From an uncultured Candidatus Saccharibacteria bacterium (GTDB lineage Bacteria; Patescibacteriota; Doudnabacteria; UBA920), in contig CAZEKH010000002.1 in assembly GCA_964512925.1 (NCBI GenBank), positions 57,831 to 121,830 on the forward strand: 64,000 bases of DNA. The letters run 5' to 3'. The notes below the pieces were generated by a model. That model did no database searches. It had not been told where the DNA came from and saw only the letters and a list, made by a program, of their open reading frames with translations. A program made the translations under genes and the position numbers. Shown here one piece after another: positions 45,305 to 54,793 of the stretch; position 1 is the stretch's first letter; every line of letters begins with the position of its first letter.

Positions 45305-46165
45305 ATGGAAAAACCAAACAATTCCGGCGCCGATCCGAACGCAAAGCCAGAGACTCCGTCTTTTGACGATGCGGTCGGTAAGGAACAACCGGTCAATTCC
45401 GTTCCGTCGGGCACTCCGAGCGGAGACCAACCTGACAAGAAACCAGACGCCAAAGGTGACAAGCCTGCGGATCAATCTGGCGGCACACCCAACGATAAGG
45501 GTGGAAGTCCCGAGGGTAAAGACAAAAAGCCCGAGGGCGACAAAACCTTCTGGGGCAAGTTCAAGAGTGAGGATGATGCGAAGCACTCCTATGACGAAGC
45601 CCAGACCAAGATCATCGAGCAAGGCAAAGAGATCAACGATCTCAAAACTGCCGCCGAGAAAAACGACCAGTTTCTCTCGATACTCGACAAGGCATTGGTC
45701 AAGAATCCGCAACTGGCCGAACAGCTGAAAGCGAGTCTCGCTGAAGCCATGAAAGCCGGCGATGCAGAGCCGAAGGATACGCCCGATATCGAAGCCATCC
45801 TCGATAAGAAACTTGAGGAGCGAGAGACAAAGGCAAAGACGAAAGCAGAGATCGACAAATGGATCGGTGAACACGAGGACTTCAAGGAACCGGAGATCGG
45901 CCACCAAGTACTCGATATCATCGAAAAAGAAAAGCTTCCGTTCAATGCCCGAACCCTGCAACTTGCTTACGATTCCATCACCAAGGATTCGCAAGCCAAG
46001 AAAGCGGCAGACGAAGCTCTCAAGAAAGAGGAGGTGAAAAATCTCGAGCGAGAGAACGCATCCGGTGTCGGCGGTGGCACGCCAGCCACCAAAGGCGACA
46101 CGCCACAAGAGAATCCGTTCGATGATCTTGTGGGATCAAGTATCAACCCAAATAAAGTTCGGTAA
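45305..46165 (+). CDS. probable scaffolding protein
   Basis: Low-complexity Pro/Gly/Lys-rich N-terminus, then a long charged helical region. Position is before the capsid gene. Confidence 0.5.
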   Translation: MEKPNNSGADPNAKPETPSFDDAVGKEQPVNSVPSGTPSGDQPDKKPDAKGDKPADQSGGTPNDKGGSPEGKDKKPEGDKTFWGKFKSEDDAKHSYDEAQTKIIEQGKEINDLKTAAEKNDQFLSILDKALVKNPQLAEQLKASLAEAMKAGDAEPKDTPDIEAILDKKLEERETKAKTKAEIDKWIGEHEDFKEPEIGHQVLDIIEKEKLPFNARTLQLAYDSITKDSQAKKAADEALKKEEVKNLERENASGVGGGTPATKGDTPQENPFDDLVGSSINPNKVR

Positions 46166-46225
46166 CGCTTATAAGATTTGAGGTCTCGTGAGCGGCTACT
46201 GAATCTTAAATAAAAAAAACAACCT

Positions 46226-47449
46226 ATGCCTGAACCAACTCACATCCAAGGCACGAGAACTACGCTGAATATTGAAACCAGCCAGCGCATTCCCGATGTC
46301 GAGGATAAAATTTTCCTCCTTGAACCAGGCGATTCACCGCTCACTGCCTTTTTGACCCAAATCGGAAAGGTTGCGGATGGTGGCGGCAAGTTCAAGGGCA
46401 TGGCTCTCCAAAAAAGAGTCGTGTACAACCCGGAGTTCACTGAATACGAGGATCAGTACTCCGGAGTCTGGGCTCGGATCAACAACGGCGGCGGATATCT
46501 ATCCTCTGCCACTGATCTGGTCGTAGACAGTCCCGGCGCATCGATCTTCACTAAGTACGATCTGATCAAAAACAGCCGTACCGGTGAAATCATGCGTGTC
46601 ACCTCGATCAATTACTCCACGAACACCCTCACCGTGACTCGTGGAGCCGGTGCCACTGCGGCGGCCGCCATCAACGATGACGACTGGCTTTTGGTCATCG
46701 GTCCCGCCTTTGAAGAAGGGTCAAAGTCTGGCGATTCCAACACGACCAAGCTCGTGAAAGTCACCAACTACACCCAAATCTTCAAGACGAAGTTCGGCGT
46801 GACCCAAACCGAGAACGCTTCGAAGCTCTACCCGACCGGCAACCCCGGTGCGGACTTGAAGTACCTGCGTGCAAAGCACGGTATCGAACAAGCAAAGAAA
46901 ATCGAACGCGCATATTGGTTCGGTGAAAAGAAAGAAGTCACCGGTCCAGACGGCAAGCCGTTGCGTCTGACTGGAGGCATCTTGGAAGCCATCATCTCTG
47001 CCGGCAACGTGCAGGACGAAGCGGCTTCATCTCTCACCGAAGCGGAATTCCGTTCCTTCTTGCAGAACTACGCATTCAAGTACGGCTCATCCGAGAAGTA
47101 CTTCTTCTGCGGAAACACGGTGCTCGGATATTTGGAAGGGTTTGCAACTTCCAAGATGTACATCGTGCCGACCGACAAGACGTACGGCGTAGAAGTACGC
47201 AAGTTCCAGTCATCGTTCGGAACCTTGAACATCGTGCGTCACCCGATGTTCGACAATCAGTACGCCGGTATGGGAGTCGTGATCGATCTCTCCACACTCA
47301 AGCATTGCCCTCTGAATGGCCGAGACACTTCTCTCGAAACCAACATTCAGGACAACGATGCTGACGAGGAAGTCGATCAGTACAAGTCCGAAGCCGGTTT
47401 GCAGAGAGTTAACTTCGAAAAGAACGCATTGCTCAAAGGCGTTGCCTAA
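46226..47449 (+). CDS. probable major capsid protein
   Basis: 407 aa following the scaffold. Call is by size, position and composition. Confidence 0.55.
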   Translation: MPEPTHIQGTRTTLNIETSQRIPDVEDKIFLLEPGDSPLTAFLTQIGKVADGGGKFKGMALQKRVVYNPEFTEYEDQYSGVWARINNGGGYLSSATDLVVDSPGASIFTKYDLIKNSRTGEIMRVTSINYSTNTLTVTRGAGATAAAAINDDDWLLVIGPAFEEGSKSGDSNTTKLVKVTNYTQIFKTKFGVTQTENASKLYPTGNPGADLKYLRAKHGIEQAKKIERAYWFGEKKEVTGPDGKPLRLTGGILEAIISAGNVQDEAASSLTEAEFRSFLQNYAFKYGSSEKYFFCGNTVLGYLEGFATSKMYIVPTDKTYGVEVRKFQSSFGTLNIVRHPMFDNQYAGMGVVIDLSTLKHCPLNGRDTSLETNIQDNDADEEVDQYKSEAGLQRVNFEKNALLKGVA

Positions 47450-47548
47450 ACCTAAGGGCTCTGCTCTGACTCGCTGGCCTCCACCCTCGTGGAAGCCAGG
47501 AGTAAGGGCGGAGGCCGATGATTACAAAATAATTCAATTACCACATAT

Positions 47549-47902
47549 ATGGCTAAATATAATTCACACATCAAATCCTTAAAGATCGTCCTCAAACCGG
47601 CAATGCCTGTGTTTGAAGGCGGTCAGAAAGTCGGCGACTCACAAGGCAAGTACGCCCTGTTTGCCGACGGTAAGTTCGAGACACAAGACGAGGAAGTTAT
47701 CGCAAAGCTTGAGTCTCTGTCCACATTCAACGTGGACTTCTGGAAAGTTTCCGATGAACCGGAAAAAACCAAAGAGCCGGAGGTCGGCGGCGATTTGCAG
47801 AAGCACACCAAGAAAGAACTCCAAGCGATGGCCGAGGAAAAAGGCATTCAGCTTGATGGATCAGAGACCAAAGATCGACTGATCGAGCTCTTAGAGCAGT
47901 AG
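47549..47902 (+). CDS. head-associated small protein with Rho-N/SAP-like C-terminal motif
   Basis: C-terminus TKKELQAMAEEKGIQLDGSETKDRLIELL resembles the Rho_N/SAP helix-hairpin. Confidence 0.35.
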   Translation: MAKYNSHIKSLKIVLKPAMPVFEGGQKVGDSQGKYALFADGKFETQDEEVIAKLESLSTFNVDFWKVSDEPEKTKEPEVGGDLQKHTKKELQAMAEEKGIQLDGSETKDRLIELLEQ

Positions 47903-47936
47903 ACCACATTAAGGTCGATTAATTCCAAAAAATCTT

Positions 47937-48716
47937 ATGCCAATCGTATCTGCTGACTTAAAAGAATATAAATCGTCTGCCGCCAACAGCGACGGTGCTG
48001 ACATTTCTGCGACTGAAGTCGTGGACAACACCGACAACAACCTCTTCACCGATATCACCGGCGATGAAGCGGCGGCCGGTGGCACGGAATACCGAAAAAT
48101 ATTCCGAAAAAATAATCACGGCACTCTGACGTGGCAAAACGTGGTCTCGTGGCTTCAGAGCCAGCCCACCAATGCCGCCCTCTCGTTCGGCTACGGCGTA
48201 AACCATGCCGATGATGCCGACGGTGCTCAAGGAAACATGTCGGCGTTCGGGGCAAATGCCGTTGTTGCTGTCGTTTCCGACGGTGCGGACGTGAGACAAG
48301 TAACGATCGTGGGAGAGGATGCCTCGGGCAACCGCCAGAGCGAAACCCTCACCCTAAACGGCACCACCGAGGTCGTGGGTGCTTTAACTTTCTCCAAACT
48401 TTACGGCGCATCCTTGAACTCTCTGTCTGCATCAAGAACCGTAACCATCCGACAAGGATCAGGAGGGACGACCAGAGGCACCATTGCCCCAAATAAAAAG
48501 ATCAGTTTTATCTGGTACGGCAAAAAGTATTCGGGTGCATCTGCCGTGAATGCCGAGGGCGGTGACATGGCAAGCAAAGCGGCCGGAATGAAAAACGGCG
48601 ACGTTGCCCCTGCCGGAAACTTCGGCCTCTGGTATCGGCTGACATGGCCTGCCGGTGCCGGTGCAGTGACGGCCAACACCACCCAAGTGAAATCCGAGGG
48701 TGATACTGCCGCTTAA
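47937..48716 (+). CDS. hypothetical structural protein
   Basis: Gly/Ala/Thr-rich 259-aa ORF in the structural block. Confidence 0.35.
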   Translation: MPIVSADLKEYKSSAANSDGADISATEVVDNTDNNLFTDITGDEAAAGGTEYRKIFRKNNHGTLTWQNVVSWLQSQPTNAALSFGYGVNHADDADGAQGNMSAFGANAVVAVVSDGADVRQVTIVGEDASGNRQSETLTLNGTTEVVGALTFSKLYGASLNSLSASRTVTIRQGSGGTTRGTIAPNKKISFIWYGKKYSGASAVNAEGGDMASKAAGMKNGDVAPAGNFGLWYRLTWPAGAGAVTANTTQVKSEGDTAA

Positions 48717-48721
48717 ACTCT

Positions 48722-50293
48722 ATGACCACGACATTCCTGCAAAAGAAAAATAATGCCAAGTCGACTCTGGCAACTGTTGGAGGAATAAATAACTCCGTCA
48801 CGGCGTTGGATGTCCAATCTGGTGACGGTACGAAATTCCCAGCAGTTCCGTTCAATGCGACTCTCTACTCCGATGCCGGGACTCCGGCAAACGGCGAGAT
48901 CGTAAAAGTCACCAGTAAAGGAACCGGTGACAATTGGACGATTGTCCGAGCTCAAGAATCCACCACTGCCCAAACATGGGCTCAAGGAATCAAGGTGGAA
49001 CTTTTGGTAACGGCAAAACTTTTGCAGGACTTGGACACGGCGGTCAACAATCTGGAAAAAAGAGTCCAAGTCGTGGTGGCCACTGATGGATCGGGCGACT
49101 ACAACACTGACGGCACGGCCGACAATGTTGAAATTCAGCAAGCAATCGACAGTCTGCCGTCCGGTGGAGGCATCGTCCTACTCAAAGCCGGAACGTACAC
49201 GATTAATGCCACGATCAACGTTCTGAAAAACAACGTGATCATCCGCGGCGAAGGTAAGGTAACAAAAATGTTCCTTGCCAACAGCTCGAACGTGAACATG
49301 CTCTACATCGGTAACGGCTCGACCGTAGCCAATGACTGCGTGGTCGAGGATATCTTCTTCGATCCGAATGGTGCAAACCAAACATCGCTCGGTTCAGCCG
49401 TATGCATTTACGGAACGTCCGGCGTCAAAGCCCTACGCAACATCATCCGAGGATGCCGGTTCACCAAATGCCAAAACGATAACGTAAAGCTGATCTACGC
49501 CGACAGAAACATTGTTGCCAACAACATCTTCGATGAATGCACGAACGGTGCTGGACTGGGAATTTTCTCGAGCTCGCAATCCAACAACGTGAACGAGAAT
49601 ATATTCATCCATTGCACCTATGGCGTGTACTCGAACAGTCACTACAACAACATCTCCGGTAACGTATTTGTCGACAACACCTATGGCGTGGGTCTGAACG
49701 GAGTGGTCAATTGCAGTGTTTCCGGAAACTGGTTCGGGAGTGTCTCTTATTACCAGACAGGCGTATGGCTGGCTGGTGCGTCTGCACGACACTCGATCAC
49801 CGGCAACACTTTCTACCAGCCATACAGGGCAGTTCTCGGAGATGCCAATACTGGCCTTTACTCAAATGTCATCAGTGGCAACAGCATCCACCTGTCGAAC
49901 CAAGAAGCGATCTACCTGCAAGCCGGTGCGAACCAAAATAACATCGTAGGAAATACGATCCGACAATCATCTCTTCACGCAATCAGAATCAGAGGATCAA
50001 AGAATGTCATCTCAAGCAACGTGCTAAGCGATAACGGCGGCGGTGCGAACAACACCTACAGTGATATTTTTCTCGATGACGACGGTACCACGTTCTCAAC
50101 CTACAACGTGGTGATTGGCAACAACTGCCAAGCGGCTGGGGCCAACAAAGTCGCATACCACATCCGAGAAAATGCAGTCGGTGATGATTACAACCTGATA
50201 ATAGGAAACATCTGCAAGGACGGAGTGACCGCCCAAATCAGCGTGCAGGGAGTGAACTCAGTGCGAGGAACTAACATACCGGCATCGGGATAA
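48722..50293 (+). CDS. right-handed parallel beta-helix (pectate-lyase-fold) tail fibre/tailspike, possible depolymerase
   Basis: Repeated 22-25-aa PbH1-like units rich in N/G/V/I (NNIFDECTNGAG, NIFIHCTYGVYSNS, GNVFVDNTYGVGL, GNSIHLSNQ, GNTIRQSS...). Confidence 0.6.
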   Translation: MTTTFLQKKNNAKSTLATVGGINNSVTALDVQSGDGTKFPAVPFNATLYSDAGTPANGEIVKVTSKGTGDNWTIVRAQESTTAQTWAQGIKVELLVTAKLLQDLDTAVNNLEKRVQVVVATDGSGDYNTDGTADNVEIQQAIDSLPSGGGIVLLKAGTYTINATINVLKNNVIIRGEGKVTKMFLANSSNVNMLYIGNGSTVANDCVVEDIFFDPNGANQTSLGSAVCIYGTSGVKALRNIIRGCRFTKCQNDNVKLIYADRNIVANNIFDECTNGAGLGIFSSSQSNNVNENIFIHCTYGVYSNSHYNNISGNVFVDNTYGVGLNGVVNCSVSGNWFGSVSYYQTGVWLAGASARHSITGNTFYQPYRAVLGDANTGLYSNVISGNSIHLSNQEAIYLQAGANQNNIVGNTIRQSSLHAIRIRGSKNVISSNVLSDNGGGANNTYSDIFLDDDGTTFSTYNVVIGNNCQAAGANKVAYHIRENAVGDDYNLIIGNICKDGVTAQISVQGVNSVRGTNIPASG

Positions 50294-50299
50294 AAAATT

Positions 50300-51643
50300 A
50301 TGTTCAACACGTACCCACTCAATTCTGCCCAGCTCAACAGCACCGCATCACAGCCGGTGTCGCAGTCAGTGAGCTATGTGCTGGATGTATTCACCCTGAT
50401 AACCAAGCCGGTCACGTATCTGTTCGATCAGTGCGTGGCAGTTCTCTCAAATAAAACTTATAAGCTTGACATCACGAATCTTGCGGCGAAATCAATCGCA
50501 TACGTGTTTGACGAACTGGTGCTTGTACTCAAATCCATTGCCTACGTTCTCGACCTCCGAAATCTCGCAACGAAAGCCCTGACCTACGTGCTTGATCTTA
50601 AAAATCTTGCGCTAAAGTCCATCCAGTATCTCTGGGATCAGAGAGTTCTCGCAATCAAAGCGATCACGTATCCATTCGACATCATCTGGGGTGCGGTACT
50701 GGCAACGATCTATAAACTTGATCTCCGAAATCTCGCAACAAAAAACATTCGGTACATGCTCGACACCCTGATCACATTAGGGAGATCGATAACGTACAAA
50801 TTTGATTCGTTCCTTTCGGCGATCCGGCTGACAGCCTATAAGCTCGATATCCGAAACCTTGCCACTAAGATAGCAACCTACCTGATCGACATCGGAGGCG
50901 TCGTGGCAAGAATTGAAACTTACAAATTAGATATCAGGAACCTGACAGGCCGAACCGTGAGCTACCTCATGGACATACGAGGACTAGCCGGCAAAGTGTG
51001 GCGTTACGCATTCGACATCAGAAATCTTGCAACCAAGTCCGGACAATATCTGCTGGACATCCTGAACGCCACCAGCAAGAACGTGCGATATGCCTTCGAC
51101 ATCCTGCTCTACGTGATGACACAAACATCGTACCTGTTTGACGTGAGAAGTCTGACCGCTAAAGCAACGAGATATCTGCTGGACATCCGGTCCCTCATTG
51201 CCCGAACTCTTACCTACAAGCTCGATATCCGAGGACTCGTGCTCAAGATAACTGCCTACGTTTTGGATATCAGAAGTTTGATCGCAAAATCCATGACTTA
51301 CGTGATCCGGATTCTAAGTCGAATCGCCAAGTGGTGGACGTACAAGTTCGACATCCTGATCACACTCGGAAAGTTCTGGACATACAAATGGAATGTTCGA
51401 GTGCTTATCGCAAAGATTTGGAAGTATGTATTCGACATCTGGAAAATCCCCGAGGGAGTAAAGATCGTCGTTGAATTCTTAAGTGCAAAACTTTCGGTGC
51501 TTATGCTTTCAGCCAAAGAATCTCTCGGACTCGTGAATGCCAAGACAAGCATTGAGGTCAAGACCGCCCGGCAAGACCAGCAGATGCAGACAGCCAAAAC
51601 TGACGTGGTTCTGCCGAGCGATAAAAAAGATATAAACCTATGA
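50300..51643 (+). CDS. tandem 11-residue (33-bp) repeat protein, probable fibre/whisker
   Basis: About 35 consecutive hendecad units of consensus xYxLDIRNLAxK (YVLDLRNLATK, YKLDIRNLATK, YLLDIRSLIAR...). Confidence 0.6.
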   Translation: MFNTYPLNSAQLNSTASQPVSQSVSYVLDVFTLITKPVTYLFDQCVAVLSNKTYKLDITNLAAKSIAYVFDELVLVLKSIAYVLDLRNLATKALTYVLDLKNLALKSIQYLWDQRVLAIKAITYPFDIIWGAVLATIYKLDLRNLATKNIRYMLDTLITLGRSITYKFDSFLSAIRLTAYKLDIRNLATKIATYLIDIGGVVARIETYKLDIRNLTGRTVSYLMDIRGLAGKVWRYAFDIRNLATKSGQYLLDILNATSKNVRYAFDILLYVMTQTSYLFDVRSLTAKATRYLLDIRSLIARTLTYKLDIRGLVLKITAYVLDIRSLIAKSMTYVIRILSRIAKWWTYKFDILITLGKFWTYKWNVRVLIAKIWKYVFDIWKIPEGVKIVVEFLSAKLSVLMLSAKESLGLVNAKTSIEVKTARQDQQMQTAKTDVVLPSDKKDINL

Positions 51644-51954
51644 GCGTAAAAATTGTACAAAATGACACACTGCCGCCGATCGAGTTTACCCTCACGCAGG
51701 ACGGTGCGCCGGTCGATCTGACCGGATGCACGGTGAAGTTCTACATGAAGGATTCCACGAGCGGATCGGTGAAAATAAACGGCGTCAACTGCACCATCAT
51801 GGATGCCAAAAAAGGAAAATGCCGATATAGCTGGACATCGTCAGACACCAACACGGTCGGCACGTATCTCGGTGAGGTCGAGGTCACGTTCCCAGACGGA
51901 AAAATCCAAACCGGATATAAGCAAACGTCCATCATTATCCGTGATGACATTTAA
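51640..51954 (+). CDS. small Ig-like/BppU-N-like structural protein
   Basis: IEFTLTQDGAPVDLTGCTVKFYMKD pattern resembles baseplate BppU N-terminal/Ig-like domains. Weak assignment. Confidence 0.35.
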   Translation: MSVKIVQNDTLPPIEFTLTQDGAPVDLTGCTVKFYMKDSTSGSVKINGVNCTIMDAKKGKCRYSWTSSDTNTVGTYLGEVEVTFPDGKIQTGYKQTSIIIRDDI

Positions 51955-51959
51955 AACCT

Positions 51960-52592
51960 ATGAACAGAGGCGACATTAAAAAAGCAATCAAGAACGAGGT
52001 CGACGACCAGACCCTCGATGACACTTTGCTCAACACGTGGATACAGCGTGGTGATGAGAAAGTGCAGACATGGCGTCCGGCCGAGGATCGAGACCAAACC
52101 TTCGACTACTGGGACTATCTCAAGACTGAACAGCCGTACACCACAGTTGCAAACCAGACCAAATATCCGGTCCCGGAAAACTTCAGAGCGTTCATGGAAC
52201 TTAAGATTGGCACAGACACCAAACCATACGTGCTGATAGATTTTCGCAAAAGAAGCGACTACACCGACCATGCCACATACCTGCTCGGCGGATATTTCTA
52301 TCCGATCGCAATACCAACGCAAGACGGCGACAGCATGAATTTGGTATTCGTCCGCATCTCTGACGAATTCTCGTCCGACAATGACGAGCCAGAGGTCGAA
52401 AAGCTATACCACCAAGCCTATGTCGAGTGGGGCAAGAAAATGTACTACAACCAGCAGGGCGACACCGAGCTTGAACGGCAAGCAGATGGAAACTTTGAGC
52501 GGATCATACTCGGCAAATGGCGAGATCAAGAGATTGCACGAATGGCCGCCGCTTCCGATCAGGCCGAGATTCCAAGAAGCAGTCTCGTATAA
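51960..52592 (+). CDS. hypothetical structural protein
   Basis: 210-aa ORF with a 5-nt gap to the upstream gene. Confidence 0.35.
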   Translation: MNRGDIKKAIKNEVDDQTLDDTLLNTWIQRGDEKVQTWRPAEDRDQTFDYWDYLKTEQPYTTVANQTKYPVPENFRAFMELKIGTDTKPYVLIDFRKRSDYTDHATYLLGGYFYPIAIPTQDGDSMNLVFVRISDEFSSDNDEPEVEKLYHQAYVEWGKKMYYNQQGDTELERQADGNFERIILGKWRDQEIARMAAASDQAEIPRSSLV

Positions 52593-52597
52593 AAACT

Positions 52598-54286
52598 ATG
52601 TCACTACCAAAACAAATCTGGAAAACGTCACGATTCCACAAAGGCATCTCGAACCTGAATTCCGAGGGTACCTTTTGGTTTTCAAACGGATTGGAGTTTG
52701 ACCAGAGTCCGCCGTATCTCAAAGTTGCCAGCAAATTTTTCAAAGAAAGCGACAGCATAAGCGTGCCGACTTTAAACCAGCCGTCATACATGTGCTATTT
52801 CAATTACGCCTACTATGCCGTGAATCACGATGACGGAAAGATTTTTCAAAACACCTACGCCAGCTGGTCAGAAGTGCATGACAGTACGAACATCTGGGGA
52901 GGAAGCGGAATGTATGCCGATAACGATTATCTCTATTACGCCGGAAGCACCTGGGTCGGGCGGTACGATAAAACAACGTGGGTAGACAACTGGCAATCAT
53001 TCAACGTCAACACGGCTTTTGATGACGTGCCGATCACAAAGTTTTTGAAATTTATCTGCTTCGGAAATAAAAATTATTTGGCAACGTGGGATACCGGTGC
53101 AACCACATGGAATCCCGGACGACTAACTCTGCCTGCCGGATACGTGATTGTCTGGCTTGCGCCGCTGACCGACTACCTCATTATTTCCGCCCACCATCCG
53201 ACATTCGGGTCCGCCTTATTCTTCTGGGACGGATACTCGCAGACCTATAACCGAGTTCTCCAGCTGACTCAAACGCAAAGTCTTGCCGGAGTCGTTGATA
53301 AAAACGTCCTGTACTTTTTGACGAGAGACGGCTGGATCTGCCGATTCAACGGAACCGGCATCGAAAAGTTAAACCGATTCCCGGACATGGACAATGCCGA
53401 CTACATATCCCTCAAAGCGGAATGCATGAAAGTCTACCAAGGCCTGATTTATATCGCCAAAGGATCAAACACCTACGATGCGAGCCACAGAAACCAATAT
53501 TGCGGAATCTGGTGCTACAACCCGGACACCAACGCCCTGTACTTTAAACACCGCTTCTCAAACAACGCTGTCATCCACGTGACTCCGGGAGTGGCCGCAG
53601 TTTATTGCCTCTATGTCGATAACACCTCAATTCGAGTCGGATACACCGATGGCAACAAGCACATCATCGACACAAATAGCGATACCGGAACATTCCGTCC
53701 ATACGACTTTGGTGCGTATTGGATCAGTCCGCTCATCGACAACGATCCGTATCTCCGCAAACGATGGAAGCAGATTATTTTGAACTTTTTCAAACCGATG
53801 CCGAACAGCAGTTTTGCCCGGTTCGAAGTGAAATACAACACGAGCGAGCAGTCTATCCGGGAAGTGAGAGTAACGAGCGGCGGCGGTTCGGATTATTTCA
53901 CCTTGCCATACATCTACAGCTCATACGAGGTCGGTGACGAGGTGATGGTTTTGGCCGGAGTGGCCGCCGGGCAGATCAGACACATCAAGAGCATCGACAT
54001 GGCCACCAAGACAATCTACTTGGACGAACCGCTTTATTGGATGGGCGGTTCGCAAGGATACATCCAAGCTAACGAGTACGTAGCGATCACGCCGTTTAAG
54101 CGTCTCGGCACGATCAAAGGAAGCGACAATGTGAGCAAAGTAAACAAGATGCTTCGGTTCAATGCGAGGTCGAAAAAAATTCAGTTCAAGATCGAAATAT
54201 GGAGTAATTCCGGATACGGCGGTGAATGGGATATGGGACTCCGTGACGTCTCGGCCATTTATACGCCGGATCGAATAATCAAATAA
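52598..54286 (+). CDS. hypothetical structural protein (Trp/Tyr-rich, possible receptor-binding/baseplate)
   Basis: Start trimmed to the ATG 6 nt after the upstream stop (MSLPKQIW...). Confidence 0.4.
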   Translation: MSLPKQIWKTSRFHKGISNLNSEGTFWFSNGLEFDQSPPYLKVASKFFKESDSISVPTLNQPSYMCYFNYAYYAVNHDDGKIFQNTYASWSEVHDSTNIWGGSGMYADNDYLYYAGSTWVGRYDKTTWVDNWQSFNVNTAFDDVPITKFLKFICFGNKNYLATWDTGATTWNPGRLTLPAGYVIVWLAPLTDYLIISAHHPTFGSALFFWDGYSQTYNRVLQLTQTQSLAGVVDKNVLYFLTRDGWICRFNGTGIEKLNRFPDMDNADYISLKAECMKVYQGLIYIAKGSNTYDASHRNQYCGIWCYNPDTNALYFKHRFSNNAVIHVTPGVAAVYCLYVDNTSIRVGYTDGNKHIIDTNSDTGTFRPYDFGAYWISPLIDNDPYLRKRWKQIILNFFKPMPNSSFARFEVKYNTSEQSIREVRVTSGGGSDYFTLPYIYSSYEVGDEVMVLAGVAAGQIRHIKSIDMATKTIYLDEPLYWMGGSQGYIQANEYVAITPFKRLGTIKGSDNVSKVNKMLRFNARSKKIQFKIEIWSNSGYGGEWDMGLRDVSAIYTPDRIIK

Positions 54287-54290
54287 CAAT

Positions 54291-54584
54291 ATGCCTGAAG
54301 AAATAAATTCAACGATCGACATGTCGTCAGCGGCACAGGAAACTGCGCCGGGAATAGCGACTCCGGCCGTGCCGGCACCGGACAAACAACAGGACGGCAA
54401 ATTCAAACTGGAGAGGATCGATGCCGACAACGTGAGAAAGATAGACTCACGCACCGACACGACCGTACTCCACATCCCAGCCCTCGAAAAACACAAAGCG
54501 GAACTCGAGGACGAGATGAGCAGACTGCAAGTACAGCTCGACCAAATCAATGAGGTCTTGGGCGAGTATAAAAAACTTCAATAA
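54291..54584 (+). CDS. hypothetical coiled-coil protein
   Basis: 97-aa ORF. Confidence 0.3.
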   Translation: MPEEINSTIDMSSAAQETAPGIATPAVPAPDKQQDGKFKLERIDADNVRKIDSRTDTTVLHIPALEKHKAELEDEMSRLQVQLDQINEVLGEYKKLQ

Positions 54585-54588
54585 ATTT

Positions 54589-54789
54589 ATGGCTGATCCA
54601 AACAACAACCAACCGTTCGATCCACAGCTGGGTTCAATCCTGAATCTCTTGCGAGACATTCCGATTCTCAATTCTGCACCGGCAGACACGCCGAGAACTC
54701 CGATAAGTTTCGCTCTGTACGATAGCGGAGGTGTGAGGCGGTTCTACATTTTCTTTAACGGTGCGTGGAGGTACGTAACTCTTACTTAA
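54589..54789 (+). CDS. hypothetical small protein
   Basis: Trimmed to the ATG following the upstream stop (MADPNNNQ...). Confidence 0.3.
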   Translation: MADPNNNQPFDPQLGSILNLLRDIPILNSAPADTPRTPISFALYDSGGVRRFYIFFNGAWRYVTLT

Positions 54790-54793
54790 AATT

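Noticed and set aside
45116-46108. 330-aa minus-strand ORF opposite the scaffolding gene
   Set aside because: Leu/Arg/Phe-rich low-complexity antisense translation. The plus-strand scaffold frame fits the operon.
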